A DNA stretch of 64,000 nucleotides from the human T2T-CHM13v2.0 reference genome, Homo sapiens. The stretch is from the NCBI RefSeq assembly GCF_009914755.1, contig NC_060938.1; one strand, written 5' to 3'. The notes under the pieces were generated by a model. The model ran no database searches and was not told the origin of the DNA. It was given only the letters and a program-made list of their open reading frames with translations. This document shows positions 26,406-40,050 of the stretch, piece after piece. The translations under genes were made by a program, and so were the position numbers. Each line of letters begins with the position of its first letter. The first letter of the stretch is position 1.

Positions 26406-29369
26406 TCTAAGCTCTTACTCTGTGCTAGGAACTGTGCTAGGCACTGGAGATATAGATGTTAAAGACAAACAGAGGGGAACACAAACCAATAAATAGAAAT
26501 TGCAATAGACATCAATAAGCACAATGTTAGGCATACTGTGACAGAGTCTGTTACCCAGTTTGGAATAAACTGTGGTATATCACATCACACTCTCGGGTAA
26601 TTTGGTGGGAAAAGTATCTCTGGTTAAAAATTTTTTATATTTCTCTTAATTCTGAAGGTCAGAGAAAGCTGCTCAAAGCAGTTGTTGCCTAAGCTGTGTC
26701 TAGAAGTTAGGGGGGATAAAAGGGAACATTCCAGGTGCAGGAAAGGGAAATCATCAAGGACAGGCAAGGATTTCACTAAGGCCAGATTTTAAGGATGCTT
26801 GGCGGTGGTGGATAAGGGGAGGAGTGGTGAAAGATGAGGGTGGAGAAGCCAAGCCAATCCAGATAATGAAAGGCTGAGCCAAGATGTTGGGAATTTAGCC
26901 TGAAAAAAAAATAAAAGAAAAGAAAGAAAGAAAAGAAAGGAGAACGTGTAAAGGATTTTAAGCAGAAAAGTAAAACAATCACGTTGCACTTAAACATCTG
27001 TTTCTCACACTCTCCATTTCTGTAAAATGACCAAGCGGAACAAAATATCTTAGATTTTAGATATCAGTGGGATTTGTCTTTTCTAGTTCCAAAATTGCCT
27101 TTACTTTGTAACAAATCTCTGTAGATCTTAATTCAAAGCAACTTTAGGTTTATTTGGAGATAATGCAAGTGGAATGGTTGGTGGTACATTCTACGACAAT
27201 CTGTTAGCAGGAAAGCTTAATGTAGTAAAGAAAACCCATTTTAATACTAGACCCTCAAATTGAGAACTACTGTCCTAATTATGAAGCATGGCCTGAGCTA
27301 TAAACAACGTTACAGATCATCGGCAATAGCTATAGCCATGTGCTTCTGAAAATGAAGTGGTACCCACAACACGTGCACAAAACAGTAATGAGTAAAGGTT
27401 AGTGCATAATTAATAAAATCTTGTTTTGCAACAGAATTTGAAAAGCCAGGATAAACAGTTTGGAGTATGAAAAGTCAAAGACTAATGATTAATAGAATGA
27501 TTAGTATACCTTAAACCTTAAACTGGTTCTCCCCGTGCATGAGTGATAGTCCATCCATTAGTGTTTGCCTAGCTACAAATCTTTGAAAGGAGGACTTGTC
27601 TGAATATGAAATATGTCCCTGTTGGGAAAAAATACTAAAGGCTGGAATGACTGCTGTAGTAAACTGACAGTTTGATTCTTTGAGGTATTTTTTAATCTTT
27701 TAAATACACATTCTGAAACATCAATCTAGCAGCAACTTTTCTAATTTATTTCAACACCACTTGAACAATAGACAACTTACCTATTTTTCTTAGTGCAACT
27801 TAATGTCAATTATATATGCAGGTCATAAGTTTTCACAGTTAAAAGTACATTTAAATTGAGACCAACCCTGCTTTCCAAATTGCTTTCTTAATTAACATTC
27901 TACTGATGATGACTGTGTATGCAGTACACAAAATTACACTCCGTTGAATTTAATTTGGTGGAACGTTACAAAAGGCAACACCACCCATATTCCTAAATCA
28001 AATACCAGTAAGAGGATGAACCAAGCCATCTTAGTCAAAACTTCAGAGAAAACTGAAATGAATTAAGTTTTGATATAATGGCAAAGACAGGGACTGACAG
28101 GTTTCCAACCCTACTCACATTAATTTTGGTAACTAGTATATACCAATCAGGCAAAAGTTACATTCAAACAGCTAACATGGAAAATCCTTGAGGGCAGGTA
28201 AAATAGTTTATCCTGATACCCACATCCAAGCACAGGGTCTATTCCAGTGCAGGTGTTCAGAAAGTGTGTTCCAAATTGTTAACAGGAGGATGACTATAGA
28301 ACCCAACCCATCATTTCTGTTTTGCAGCATGTCTTTTCTTTTCAATGAGAAACACTACCTTGTGAACCACTGGAGTATTTCTAAAACAAGTATTGTTTAC
28401 TTCCCTCTCCAAGGAGCTTCAGACATGCTGACTAGATTTATCACCACAATAAAACAGAATAATTTTAGGCCAGAAGTTCTGATTCTTCTATATTTTATGA
28501 GTCTCTCATTGATATTTTTTATTTTACTGGATTATATTGCCCTGAATGGCAGGAGCCACATTTTTGTACCCATTGTTTTAATCACCCCCATAGTGCCTAA
28601 TACAGAGACTTAAGCAGGCAAGGAAATGCTGTGCAAATGAATTTTTAAAAATCAATCAATCTAAGTCATTCTTTCTTCCTGTTCCCACACTTCCAGGTCA
28701 TCATTTTACACATAAGAAGATTGAGGATTTGAGAAAGTAACTTAATTGTTCAGGGAGACATAGCCAATTACTGGCAGAGTTTCTAAATCAAGCTGCTGTC
28801 CTTGTACTGCTATTTCAGTAAGAGAAAATTGTAAAAGAAACACACTAAGAAAGAAAAGCTTATTGATACTGAAAGTTGTAAGCAATGTGCTACAAGAGGA
28901 AAGTCAAGCCATTACAAATGTAACAACAACATTGTAATTTGGTCAAGGCATAGAAACAATTTGCTATGGCTCTTAACCTCAGTCCCCAGCTTCAATTTAT
29001 TAGAGTTAACATTCACCAACTGCATGTTACATGCCAGGCCCTGTGACACCAAATAAGTGTTATACATAGATTATTGTGTTTATTTTTCAAAGCAAGACTT
29101 CAAAATGAATATCATTATCCACATTTTTATATACGAAAAAACAAGAGTCTAAATGGTTTACTTCAGATCACCAAGCTAAAATGGAGTGAATCCAGGATTT
29201 AAACTCAGATCCATCCATCCCAAAGACCCTTCTCTTTCCATTATACATTTTGGCTTCTTGCCAACAAAAATTAATACAAATATTTTAAGGATTTTCCAAT
29301 ATCATTTGAAATTGTCTACTAAAGATATCACTTTTATCACTGAAAGTATGCATTGTGCATTTCCCCTTA

Positions 29370-29867
29370 CTGTACCTACCTCTACAGCTTCCTCTGCATT
29401 GGGAGAGGGGAAGGCAGGAAGAGCATTCCAAGAGTCCACTTTCTCATATGGTTCCGGGTTACAGTTGCCAGTGTGGAGCCGTTGTTGTAAAAGCTGGAAG
29501 CTGGGAAATGGGGAGAAGTCATTCTTCCCTGGAGGCAGACACATAGCAGAAAGCACAGGCAAGATTCATGGCAGCTTCCTGGCTGGTGGAAGGCAGCTGC
29601 GATTGTGGGAAGCAGTTCCTTGAGAATGGTTGCTTCAGCACCCAAGGCTGAGATGGTAGCAGGCACTTCATAGGGTTCCTTCAGATTTGCAGAAGCTTCC
29701 ACCTGGAGAACCACTAGTTTTGAAACCACATCATTGTTGGCTTCCTGGATCTTTGCCTCTCCAGTCTTTCTGATCTCCTGTTAAGCCTGCAATTCCCTGG
29801 AATAAAGCCTCCATAGTTGGAATTACATAAATGGTTTATGTTTTCCTGGAGAATCCTGGCTAATACA
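29370..29867 (+). mobile_element. Old ERVL-type LTR (LTR41-like; subfamily uncertain)
   Basis: Higher-GC block with AATAAA near 29800 and a terminal CCTGGCTAATACA. Confidence 0.45.
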
Positions 29868-30448
29868 ACTACCTAGGTCAATTTCAAAAATATCCAAGTA
29901 AAATAAAATAAAATAAATTTACTTATCAAAATACTAACCATTTCCCTTGATCTCCCACAAAACAAAGCATCAAAAATTTTGTAAGTAAAATGTTTTTTTC
30001 TTTAGAAATTGCAATTTTTCTTTGTGGGCCCTAATATGAGTTGGTAAATGAAGCTGTAGAGTCTTCCTTGTTGAGATTTTTTTAGATTAAGACAACCATC
30101 TGCTTTGATATCTCAGGGTATTTTTTTCCTTGAATCAGGGTTTGTACAAGAAGAGTTTGTTAAGATGTCTACTAATACGACCATTTTAAAATTTCCTCTG
30201 GCTGGTGACATAAAAACCACAATACCACATAACACTGAATTAAAATATATATATACACACACATACTTTATGTATCTATATATTTTAATTGCTAAGAACA
30301 TTCTTAGGGGAAAACATCTGTTATGCCAATATAAAACATTTTAAATGAACACAATCTGGCTGTTTTAATTCCAAAATTAAAACTGCCAAATTTATAATTT
30401 GATGGTGGACTGTCTCTGAATTCTTAATTGTTCCTATTTTCTTCCAAA

Positions 30449-30464
30449 GCCACTAGATGGTGGT
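30449..30464 (+). promoter_or_regulatory. CTCF-like motif
   Basis: GCCACTAGATGGTGGT vs core CCASYAGRKGGCRS, with one C>T difference. Confidence 0.3.
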
Positions 30465-31315
30465 TCCATCATGGAAACCCTCATAGTCATGGAAAATGTC
30501 TCCATATTTATTATAGCATTATTGGAATATACACTGTAAAGGAAGAATCTATTTCTAAAAGAAATAAAGACACAGTAAAAAGATCTGAGAAAAAGCTAGG
30601 GTGAACAAGTTATTTGGAAATTTCTATCATTTTCACTGATGTGTGCCTTCCAGATCCTGGGCTAATTTGTATGTCAGCTCCCCACTCTGTATCAAATGCT
30701 TCTGAATGTGCAAAACTGAAATTTTAATGGAGTAGATTTTTCAAGAAAGTTTGAAGCAAGGTCTCTCTCACAGGTAGCTTTAGATAAGCTACTATATACT
30801 GGAGTTAAGAGACTTTTTTTAAAAAGTTTATTAATACTGAGCTAAAAATGTGGCATAGTTCAGCCAAGGGGGGCACTGGAACTTGTACAATGATCAGCAA
30901 AAGATGATGACAGAGAAACATAAGTAAAAGCCAAAACATGAAAGGATTCTGTACCATACTAAGGAATACAAATGTTATTCTATGGACACCAGAGAGCCAT
31001 TGAAGGTTTTAAGGAAACTAATCAGATCTGACTTGAATTTTAGAAAGTTCATGTTGGTGGTACTAAGGAAAATATATCAAGGAGAAGAATTAGTAATCTG
31101 TTTCTTTGTTTCCTTGAATCCTTATTCATTGATGCCTCTTTTTTTGCTCAGCCCTTAATTCCTAAGGTTATATGGAGCTCTGGTCTCAGAGATCTTCCCT
31201 TGCACATGGCCTTAAACTCCGTAAAGATTGCAAAAGGTAATGTGAAAAATAATTAAGGTAGCTGAGGAAGGGTGGGAGATTATTTGATGCCTGTTTCTGT
31301 AAGGTGAATCAGCTT

Positions 31316-31790
31316 TGTATCACTCGGGCACCCTGGAAGAAACAGATGGCACATTCAGAAGGGCTTAACTGAAGAAATTTGTAATGAAGGCACTATTTAC
31401 AGTGGCATTGGGCATGGTTAAGGAAACCACCAAGAGAATGGTGAAGCAACAGGGGGCTAGCAATAGCAAGAGAGAACATACCACATTCTTGTTGACAGTG
31501 AAAACTGGAGAAAGGAAAAGGTGCCACTTAGCAAAAGTTATGACCACAAAAGAATGGTGACCCCCAGAATTGCTACAAGGCAGGGAGAGAGGAAGGGGAA
31601 TACATGCCCTGGCCTCTCTTTTTTCTTGTTCTCTGATATCCAACCAGTTCCTCTGACTGGCTGAACATTAAGGACCACAGGTGGTGCAGACCACAGAGGT
31701 CAGCCTTCCAATGCACACAGCAGAGACAAGACAAGCAGAAAATAGACCTGGGGAGTGGGGGAGCCAAATAGAGAATAATAAGCGCAAATT
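31316..31790 (-). mobile_element. LTR33-like ERVL LTR
   Basis: GGAAGAAACAGATGGCACATTC..GGTTAAGGAAACCACCAAGAGAATGGTGAAGCA..GGGGCTAGCAATAGCA. Confidence 0.65.
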
Positions 31791-34700
31791 CATTCACTAT
31801 CAGAACATGAGAGAACGATGTCAGTATAACACAGAAGTCACGCTGGTAGGTACACACATTTATGCTTTGCATCATACAGTACTAGAGGCTAAATATACAG
31901 AAAACATGGAGTGGTCAAACCCATCAGCACAACAGAATTTATTCAAAAAAAAAGAGAGAGAAATCATCAGAGATCAGTGCTTTACATAACACCAATACTT
32001 AAAGGGTGAGTACAAGGAAAGGAACTCATCTTGAAGGCTTGAGAGAAACAGATTGAGGAATCCAAAGACAAGGTTCTGAAGGTGGTGTGAGTAGCCAGAG
32101 GCTACTTTATATAGTTATATAGCTTTAACTTTTAGTTTCAGTTATTCGAGAAACCTCAACTCCAGTGACAAGGAGCAATTTAAAATCTGAGTGAGGGTGC
32201 AAACTTGAGCCCACAGCTGGTGTGGAGAGCATGCCACTTAGCAGGGAGCATCCACTTCTTTAAGTGGCTTCACCTTCTTCTACTTATTGTCAAGGACACA
32301 TTAACTCTCGTTAAGAGTATGAATCAGGAAATTCTTAAGCTGCAATCTCTTGCAAGTTATGATGACATTATCCGTTATGGTGATATTCAAGAATCTAGAA
32401 TGCATAAATATTCTTGAGATATATTTCCACCCAAGTGTCAGGGACCTACGATACCATAGAGGTAACAAGTAAAATAAGTGTTGAAACTTTATGAAGTTTA
32501 TTTGGAATCACTGGAAACTTTGACAAAGGAATGTCCTGAAATATTGATGTGAAGACCAGTGAAGGTGGGTTGCAGAAACGAGGAACAAGAGCCAGATTGT
32601 AGCTGGTTATGGAATGAATGGGAGGTGAGAAAGTTAGGCGGCGAATGTAGAGTAAGGTTTGAGGGGGAGTGACCCAGCTATCACTTCTGGGTAGAGAAAG
32701 CTTTATCAGAGTCTGACTAATGAGGAAGAAAAATGTGTAGGATAGAAGGAACTTACTAGAGACCTCTTCCTGATCTTGGAGATCTCTGTAATTAAAGAAT
32801 TTGAAAGTTAGGATGTCGCATGGAGTAAAGGTGGGAGGGCCAGTGGGGCTGCATGTGCTCAGATTTCAGGTCCATGTGAGTATGAAACCTGTTTTTATTA
32901 ACTATTGAATCACCAGAGGCTAACTCAGCTCCTGTAGAATAGATACTTTGTTATTTTGTTAAATGAGATGAAGAAAAAGAGAATGATCAAAGGTAGAGGC
33001 CAGCTCACTCCATGAAGGACCTCAGCCATGGGGTGGATCAGCCCGTGGGAGAGACCGAGCTGAAGCCCACGTGGCTTGTAGTCAGCAGAAATAGTTAATC
33101 AGATTTCATCATCTTTATTGTACCATTGAGATTCATTCGCCTTGAATAAGAGCAGCAGGAAAACACATCCTCCAAATGTGTTCATTTTCTCCATATCCCT
33201 CTAATATTTGCAGTAGGTCGTGGAAAAACATTCAACTAGAAAATAGGAAACCAAGCTCTTAGTCCTAGTTTCATCACTAATTGGTTATGTGGTCTTAGAT
33301 AATTCATTCACTGTGTATTTATTACCTATTGCAAGTCAGGTACCGTATCAAGCTCTGGGTGTGAGACAACGCACAAGGGAGTCACCACGGAACTAATGAA
33401 ATGAATAAGTAAACAACCACTGCAATATAGTATCCAGACAACTGAGTGGTGACTGTAGTGAATGTAGAGTATCAAACAAGATGACACAACACTGTACCTC
33501 TGTGAAGTCAGGAGAGGTGCCACGGAGGAAACGATGATGAATCTTACAAGTTAAAGACACGTTGAGTCGAGGTAAACCCTCACCTCTCTGACATAGCTTC
33601 TGTGAGAATAAAATAAGGAGGGTTGCCAGAGCATCCCTCAGATCCCCTTGTCCATTATAGTATAATATGTGATCCAATTTTTCTGTAATAGAAACAGAGC
33701 TGAAGAAATGCTTGAAATGCTATCCATAAAAAGGGAGAAATTCTGTGCTTAAATTGCAGGATGAAAAGGAGCGGAAAAAAAGGTAGTGTTCAAAAACAAG
33801 AGAGAGACAAAACACAAGTGAGAGCACATTTTCTAGGGCATAAAGGATTTTTGTTTATTTTTTAACATAATACACCAAAAAATAAATACAATTATCCCAA
33901 TTTCTGCCCACAGTTTTCAGCATTGTACAGCCTTTATTTAATGATACATCAAAACACATTCTCTGCCAATCCTTCTGTTGCTTAGGAACAGGCAGTCAAG
34001 AGCCTAAGCTCAGAGACTCCAAAGTCATCATTAAAAGGCTTTGTGCATTGCTATCAGAAAAATGCTAATTTAGTAAGCCTGATTGATACCCTCCTGCTAG
34101 CAAGTTCCAGGAATGGGGACCCAGGTCCCTCTAATTTGTCTAGTTCCCCTTTATTTGGCTCAGTGGGGCCTGTGTAAAAAAAAAAAAATAATGAAGGACT
34201 GCCAGCCAGTGACTAGGAGCATTTTATTTCTGAAGAGTTGGTTCTTCTTGTTCAACACACTCCATGTTCTTCTTGAACCAAGATGGGAAACTTATTTACC
34301 TGCTGTTTGTATTTACTGAGTGTTTTCTGCTCTGCAAAGTCAGACTATTTCTAACTGTATAGTCTGTATTCCACATCCTTTTCAGTCACTTCTTGGTTTA
34401 ATCATGCTTGACTTGTGCTTAAAGAGAAAAAGGAAACTTCTTTCGTTGGCACGAGCAGTATGACAGGTATTAGGAAAGCCAACTGCCCCTGAGTGCTCCG
34501 CAGCTGTGAAATGGCTGGAACCCTGAGCTCCTGATCCATGCTTTTCTCTGATTCGCATCCATGGAATCCAGCCACAGTTACCCCTACTTTTGGCCCTCCT
34601 TGCCTTGACCTAGGGATGATGCTGCTCCGCATTGTTGGTCACCGCAGAACTGCTGTACCCCTGCTGCCACTGCGGGAGTCGCCTCTTCCAGCCATTGTCT

Positions 34701-35024
34701 TCTCCATTATGGCTGTTTACTACCATTGCTGCAACCTGGCCCTGAGCTGAAGGTGCTGATTCCTCTTTGCTGGCTCTGTGATGGGTATGAAGACAAAGCT
34801 CCACCTCCCATGGCTGGTTGTTTACCTCTCTCCCATTTCAAACGCTGCCTCCTCCTCCCTTCCACTCTCAAAGCAGAAACTGTAAGGAGATGAGACTGCT
34901 CTCTTTCACTAAAGGAGAGGGCTCTTCTACTGTCCTCAGAAAACTGGCATCTCTCTTCTCCACCTTCATACAGATAGTGGTGTTTATGCTCCAGGCATGC
35001 TTTTAAACACACTAAGTCAGTCCT

Positions 35025-35454
35025 TTATTGAAGCAGCTGTGAGAATGCTCCTTGTAGACCTCTACAGAAAATGTAATTGGCCTAGAGCCCCAGCTGCTGC
35101 ACTCTGAAATCCATCACCGTATGTATAGTGAGATCATACTTCCTGAGCTGTTGCCAGTGGATGACTGAAGTGATAGGGATACTAAGGCAGGCCTACTCCT
35201 GGGAGACCTGGGACTTCTCTAATAGGCAATTTTGGATTCAGAGATACCCCAAAGGCCTTGTTCGACATTCCTTAGGTCACCTATCTGTGATGCCTCCACC
35301 CAATTTGCCTGCCCGTGGTGCGCCACGGTCTGTCAGCTCCCCTGCCGCCCCTAGATTCCTGCGCCTTTTCTCTAACAGGTGATTACTCTAATATAACCCA
35401 GTCACATTGAATCCTGGCTTGTAGTCTGCTTCTTAAAGGACCCAAATTAACCCA
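35025..35454 (+). mobile_element. LTR16A-like ERVL LTR
   Basis: CCCCAGCTGCTGCACTCTGAAATCCATCACC..GATACTAAGGCAGGCC..TCTGCTTCTTAAAGGACCCAAATTAA. Confidence 0.7.
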
Positions 35455-37114
35455 CCCCTTCACCAGATTTATTTGACTGGGTCTGCATGTTTGTAGCCTC
35501 CTGTATATTTGAGGCCCTTACTGTGACTACTCACTGGCATTTTCACTTGTGAATTCCTTCTGACGTCTTTACCCCACGACACTTGAGTGCTTTCTGCATG
35601 ACTGTACTGTGAAGTAGTTGGCCACTGGTAAACCATCTCTAGCTTCACATTAACAGACCCAGAGATGCTCTATCTGCCTCTAAAACACACAGTGGCTGTC
35701 CCATGAGCACTCACTTCTCCGAATGTATGCCTCCAGCAGTGCAGGGCATTATGGCCCTTCTGAATAAGTCCAGCAATTGCCTATACAGGCTTTAGGAGCC
35801 TGATCTTGAGTGCTGTGGATCTGAGAAGACTATTCCAATCCTAAGCAGTTCCAAGAGGATTTTCCCTGACCCTCCAGCCCTCTTCTGCCACAAAATGGTA
35901 GGTCTCCTCTCAAATGTATTTGTGTTTAAGACAAGCTTAAGTGGGTTAGAGAGCGCTCAAGGAGATCACAGATCAAACAAGCTCTCTGAGTTCTGCCCTA
36001 GAAGGTACTGAAAACCTGAGTGGCCTGAAATCAATCCAGCTTTGAATGATACTCTAAGTCCAATGTGCTCCAGAAAGAAACCAGATCTTAAATGCACATT
36101 ACTGATTAGCTGTGAACTAAGCTTGCTTATAGGGTAGAAAATAGTAAAGGTGGGGAATAGAGGAGATACAGGAGTGACTCCAGCCATTTCTTCTATCAAT
36201 ATTGGAGTTCCACGTGGTATGTATGAGTGTGTATGTGTGTTCTGGCAAGAAAATCTCAGATACAAAAGATGGCTTATAATGTGGGGATCCTTGCTTAAGT
36301 TAGAAACTCTCTCTATATTTGCAGATGAAAGATGCATAACTACTAAATTTTTTCTTGAGGCCCCAGAAATGGGGCTTCTCTGCCTTAAGGTAGCTCATTA
36401 GTTCCTTACCAAGTCTATGTACTGGAACCCAAAGAGAATGCAAAAATGGACAGGCAAAATGTATTCCCCCTCCTCTTACGAATGAGAAAAGCAAGTTGTA
36501 GTAGAAAAATTCATGAAAATTCAAGAAAATGTAACTGTGATTGGACCTCAATAATGGTATGAAAACATATCTTTTACTCTAACAGGCTCTCTATTCATTC
36601 TAAAATGGACCAGAAAGCAGAAGGATTGCCCTTGTTTGAAAAATAATGCCCTTGTTTGAGGAGTCCAGGCCAAGTAACTTCATGCAGAAGGGAAGCTTCA
36701 CCATTTGGACAGGAGCTGAGCAGATGTGACCTCAATGTCTGCACTGCATTAAAGCTTCGGTGTAAATCTGATGACCTCATCTCCCCACAGCCTGTGATTA
36801 ATTCTATTTATAAAATACAGCTCAGCAGATCAAAGTTAATCCTTTCCATGCCAAGTGGGGAGTACACAGTGATGGGTCACTCTGTCAAAGGGTAGGAAAC
36901 TAAATCAGGCTGCTGTTCTTCATCACGGAGTAGGATACAGGGCTTTTACCTTCAAGAGGAAAGGTTTAATGACTTTGAAGAACTTGTAATGCCCATTTCT
37001 TGATACCCTTAAATTCTATTTCAATTTTTTACTATCTTCAAAAAATATAAAATTCCTCAAATATCAGACTCATATTTTTATTTGTTGCACCATACAGCTT
37101 CCAATACCTCACCA

Positions 37115-37116
<2 letters not shown>

Positions 37117-37154
<38 letters not shown>
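37117..37154. repeat. (AC)19 microsatellite
   Basis: Perfect dinucleotide run. Confidence 0.98.
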
Positions 37155-37160
<6 letters not shown>

Positions 37161-37229
37161 AGATCCCATGCCTTTGAAAGAACTCTACGAAAAGGTGAGA
37201 ATGACCACTAAGAGCATCTGTACAGCATC

Positions 37230-37460
37230 TTAAGCGTATGGTTTCTGGAATCAGAATGCTTACGTTTTCATTCCAGGTATGCCACTTATCCAGCCAGAGG
37301 ATCTTGGGTAAGTTACTTAGCCTCCCTTTGTCTCAGTTTCTTCATCTTTAAAATGGAGTTATAGTAGTCCCTGACTCACAGGGTTACTGAGAAGATCAAA
37401 TAAGATAATACGTAAAGAACTCAGAACACCGCCTGGACCTTGGTAAATCTACATGTGACA
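37230..37460 (+). mobile_element. MIR
   Basis: TCTTGGGTAAGTTACTTAGCCTCCCTTTGTCTCAGTTTCTTCATCTTTAAAATGG core. Confidence 0.8.
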
Positions 37461-39619
37461 GCCGTAGCCTGACCCCACGCCAAGCTCAGGAGCATGACAT
37501 GTACCACAGAGTGTTCCTCTGAACTAGTTCGCATTTTTAACTGACATGGAGATCCAAAAAACCAGTCCTCTTATATCCTCATGTGAGTTAAAAATCCCTA
37601 ACACTTTGGAACACATTCCCCCACCTTGCCCACCAACCCCATGACAGAGGTAAACTGCCATTCGGCTTGGGGCAAAAATGCCATATTCCCACTGTGTATA
37701 CATTGTGAGAGGAAAAATAGCAAGTTCAAACCTTTTCTGCCCCTTAGCATGGTTCTGTTTGACTAGTCCCCCTAATTTTCATTTACAGTTAGGTCTCAGT
37801 ATGGTTAATATCAGGTCTCTGTAGCATTAGGCCTCTGCAATGTTAATACTGTTTAACGAAATGATTCTCATGAGTACCTTGCAAACTGAATGCTGATTTG
37901 AGGATTCTAATTTCCCAGTGTGTAAATGAGGTCATATTAACAGAAATAGCTCAAATTTCACTGGGTCATGATTCTACTTGTCCTGAACACTCTCAGCTCC
38001 TTACCACCTCCCATGACCAAGGACTCCAAAAATCTACAGTGGGTAAGTCACATGTGCTCTCAGTAAATCTGTCCCTCTGGGCACTAAACCTCCACTGCAA
38101 GGTTCCTCTAGAGTTCCCACCATGATTTTCCCCAGTGCTCTGCCCATGCTCTGGGCCTTTGCTGTGGCCCAGATGTTTTAATTCTTTTTAAAGACTAAAA
38201 TAGTACTTTTAATTTCACTCACAGTGCTTGTGCTGTGTCAGGATTCAGACATGAGTCCAGTGAGGGGTCAGGGCAGAACCAGAATCCAAAGGATAGGCAT
38301 GATTGTGTAGGCACAAATGCCTCACTTCTGCAGTGACTGAGGTTTTCATATTGAGTCTGAGATGGATATTTCCTGGGGGCAACTCAGTTTTCATGCTAAT
38401 GCCTGGCTGGTGTTGAATTCAGCTTTGTATCCACAAACTAAATCTGATTTAAGCCAGAATCCTGAAGCTGCAAGAGCAAGAATCAATGACCAACACACTG
38501 GTCCATAAACAGAATCAGGTGTATCCTTTTCCTTAAGGAGGGAGTTACTAAATGCTTAAGAGTTAACCAAAGAATATAGCACTTTGTAGAAATCCTAATC
38601 AAAGCCTTTGGCTCAACAAAGCCTTGCCTGCTGCTTGTTATGAAACCATCTCATCCCCTCCACTAGAAAGAACCAAGCAACGTGTAAAACTTTTACTTCC
38701 CCTCATAAAAGTGTATAACAACATTCAACCACTTTTACACCTTTTCTTCCTAATACACGATATCCAAAATGAGTTCATAGGCAGAAAAATGCCATGAGGG
38801 GAGTTTGGCTTTTTTTTTACCGGCAAGCTTTTTGGATGTGACAGCCTAGAGCCTTTCTCACTACCACCAACAGATGGGACACAATATCCACCAATGAGCC
38901 ATTATGGTCTTTGGTTGTTATTTTTCCTGTGGTTCAGCTGGAACACATTCAGAAAAATAATACACATTTCTGGGGCAGGTTTGCATTATAATTTTGGAGT
39001 GTAATCCAGACTTTCCCTTGTCTATTTCCTACTGCAGCAAAAATGGAGCCTCTCTCTCTAGTTCCATTTGGACTTCACTGGGAGGATGCAACTTGGCAAA
39101 ACACAGCGATACTGGGCTGCAAATGGTTTGTAAAAACATCAATGGTCCCACATGGGAGTCAGTACATCTACCATTCGAACTAGATTGCATTGGCTCTGTT
39201 GGGAGTAATATGGGTGCATGTATGCAGTTATCACTAAAAGGCTTTTCATACTGTGACAATCAGATCCTCTGGTGCTCAGATATTGCATTCATTTTCTAAC
39301 TCATTCATCATGTGAATGGAATGAGGAAATAATGGGATCTGTTCATCATACTTATCCATCATTTAGTGAGGACACCACGTTCAGCTTTTTTGGATGAAAA
39401 AAGAAAGATAAGTAAGAGGCTTAGCACTCCTAACATCTGACAGTCCTAGCACCTCGTGAGGACAAACGTCACTCAGGAACCATATCACAACAGACAAGTC
39501 CTTGAGAAAGAGGGAAGATGATGAATCTAGCAGAGCCCACCAGGCAATTCTGGGCAGGCACACCTTCAAAACCCTCCTTCTTATTTTACCACATTCTCGA
39601 TAAATCTTTTAGTTACATT

Positions 39620-40050
39620 AAAATATTCTCAACTAAATTAGAATAAAATTGTATATCTTTTGGCCTTGTAAATCCACTTTCAAGAATTTATTCTTAAAAA
39701 ATCAGAAATGTACATAAATACAAATGTTCAAGAATGTTCATTCCTGTGATATTTTAAATAGTGAAAAATTGGAAATGACCTAAATTTCCAGGAAGTTTAG
39801 ATTACTTAAATAGATTATAATAGAGCATGTATCATAAACAATATTTGTGAAGAACATTTAAATGGAGTATATGGAGAAATATGCAACTATATGAAGTGAA
39901 AAATCAAATTACAAAAAAATATATATTTTGCCAATTAAGTAAGAAAAAGTATTAGTAATTATTCTCTCTAGGTTAGGAATTTGAAATAATGATTTTTTTC
40001 TTTTCCATGTTTTTTGTGTCTCTTAATATTTCAATAATAAATACATGCGA
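39620..40050 (+). mobile_element. L1ME-like 3' fragment
   Basis: AATCCACTTTCAAGAATTTATTCTTA..TGTTCAAGAATGTTCATT..AAAAATTGGAAATGACCTAAAT. Confidence 0.6.
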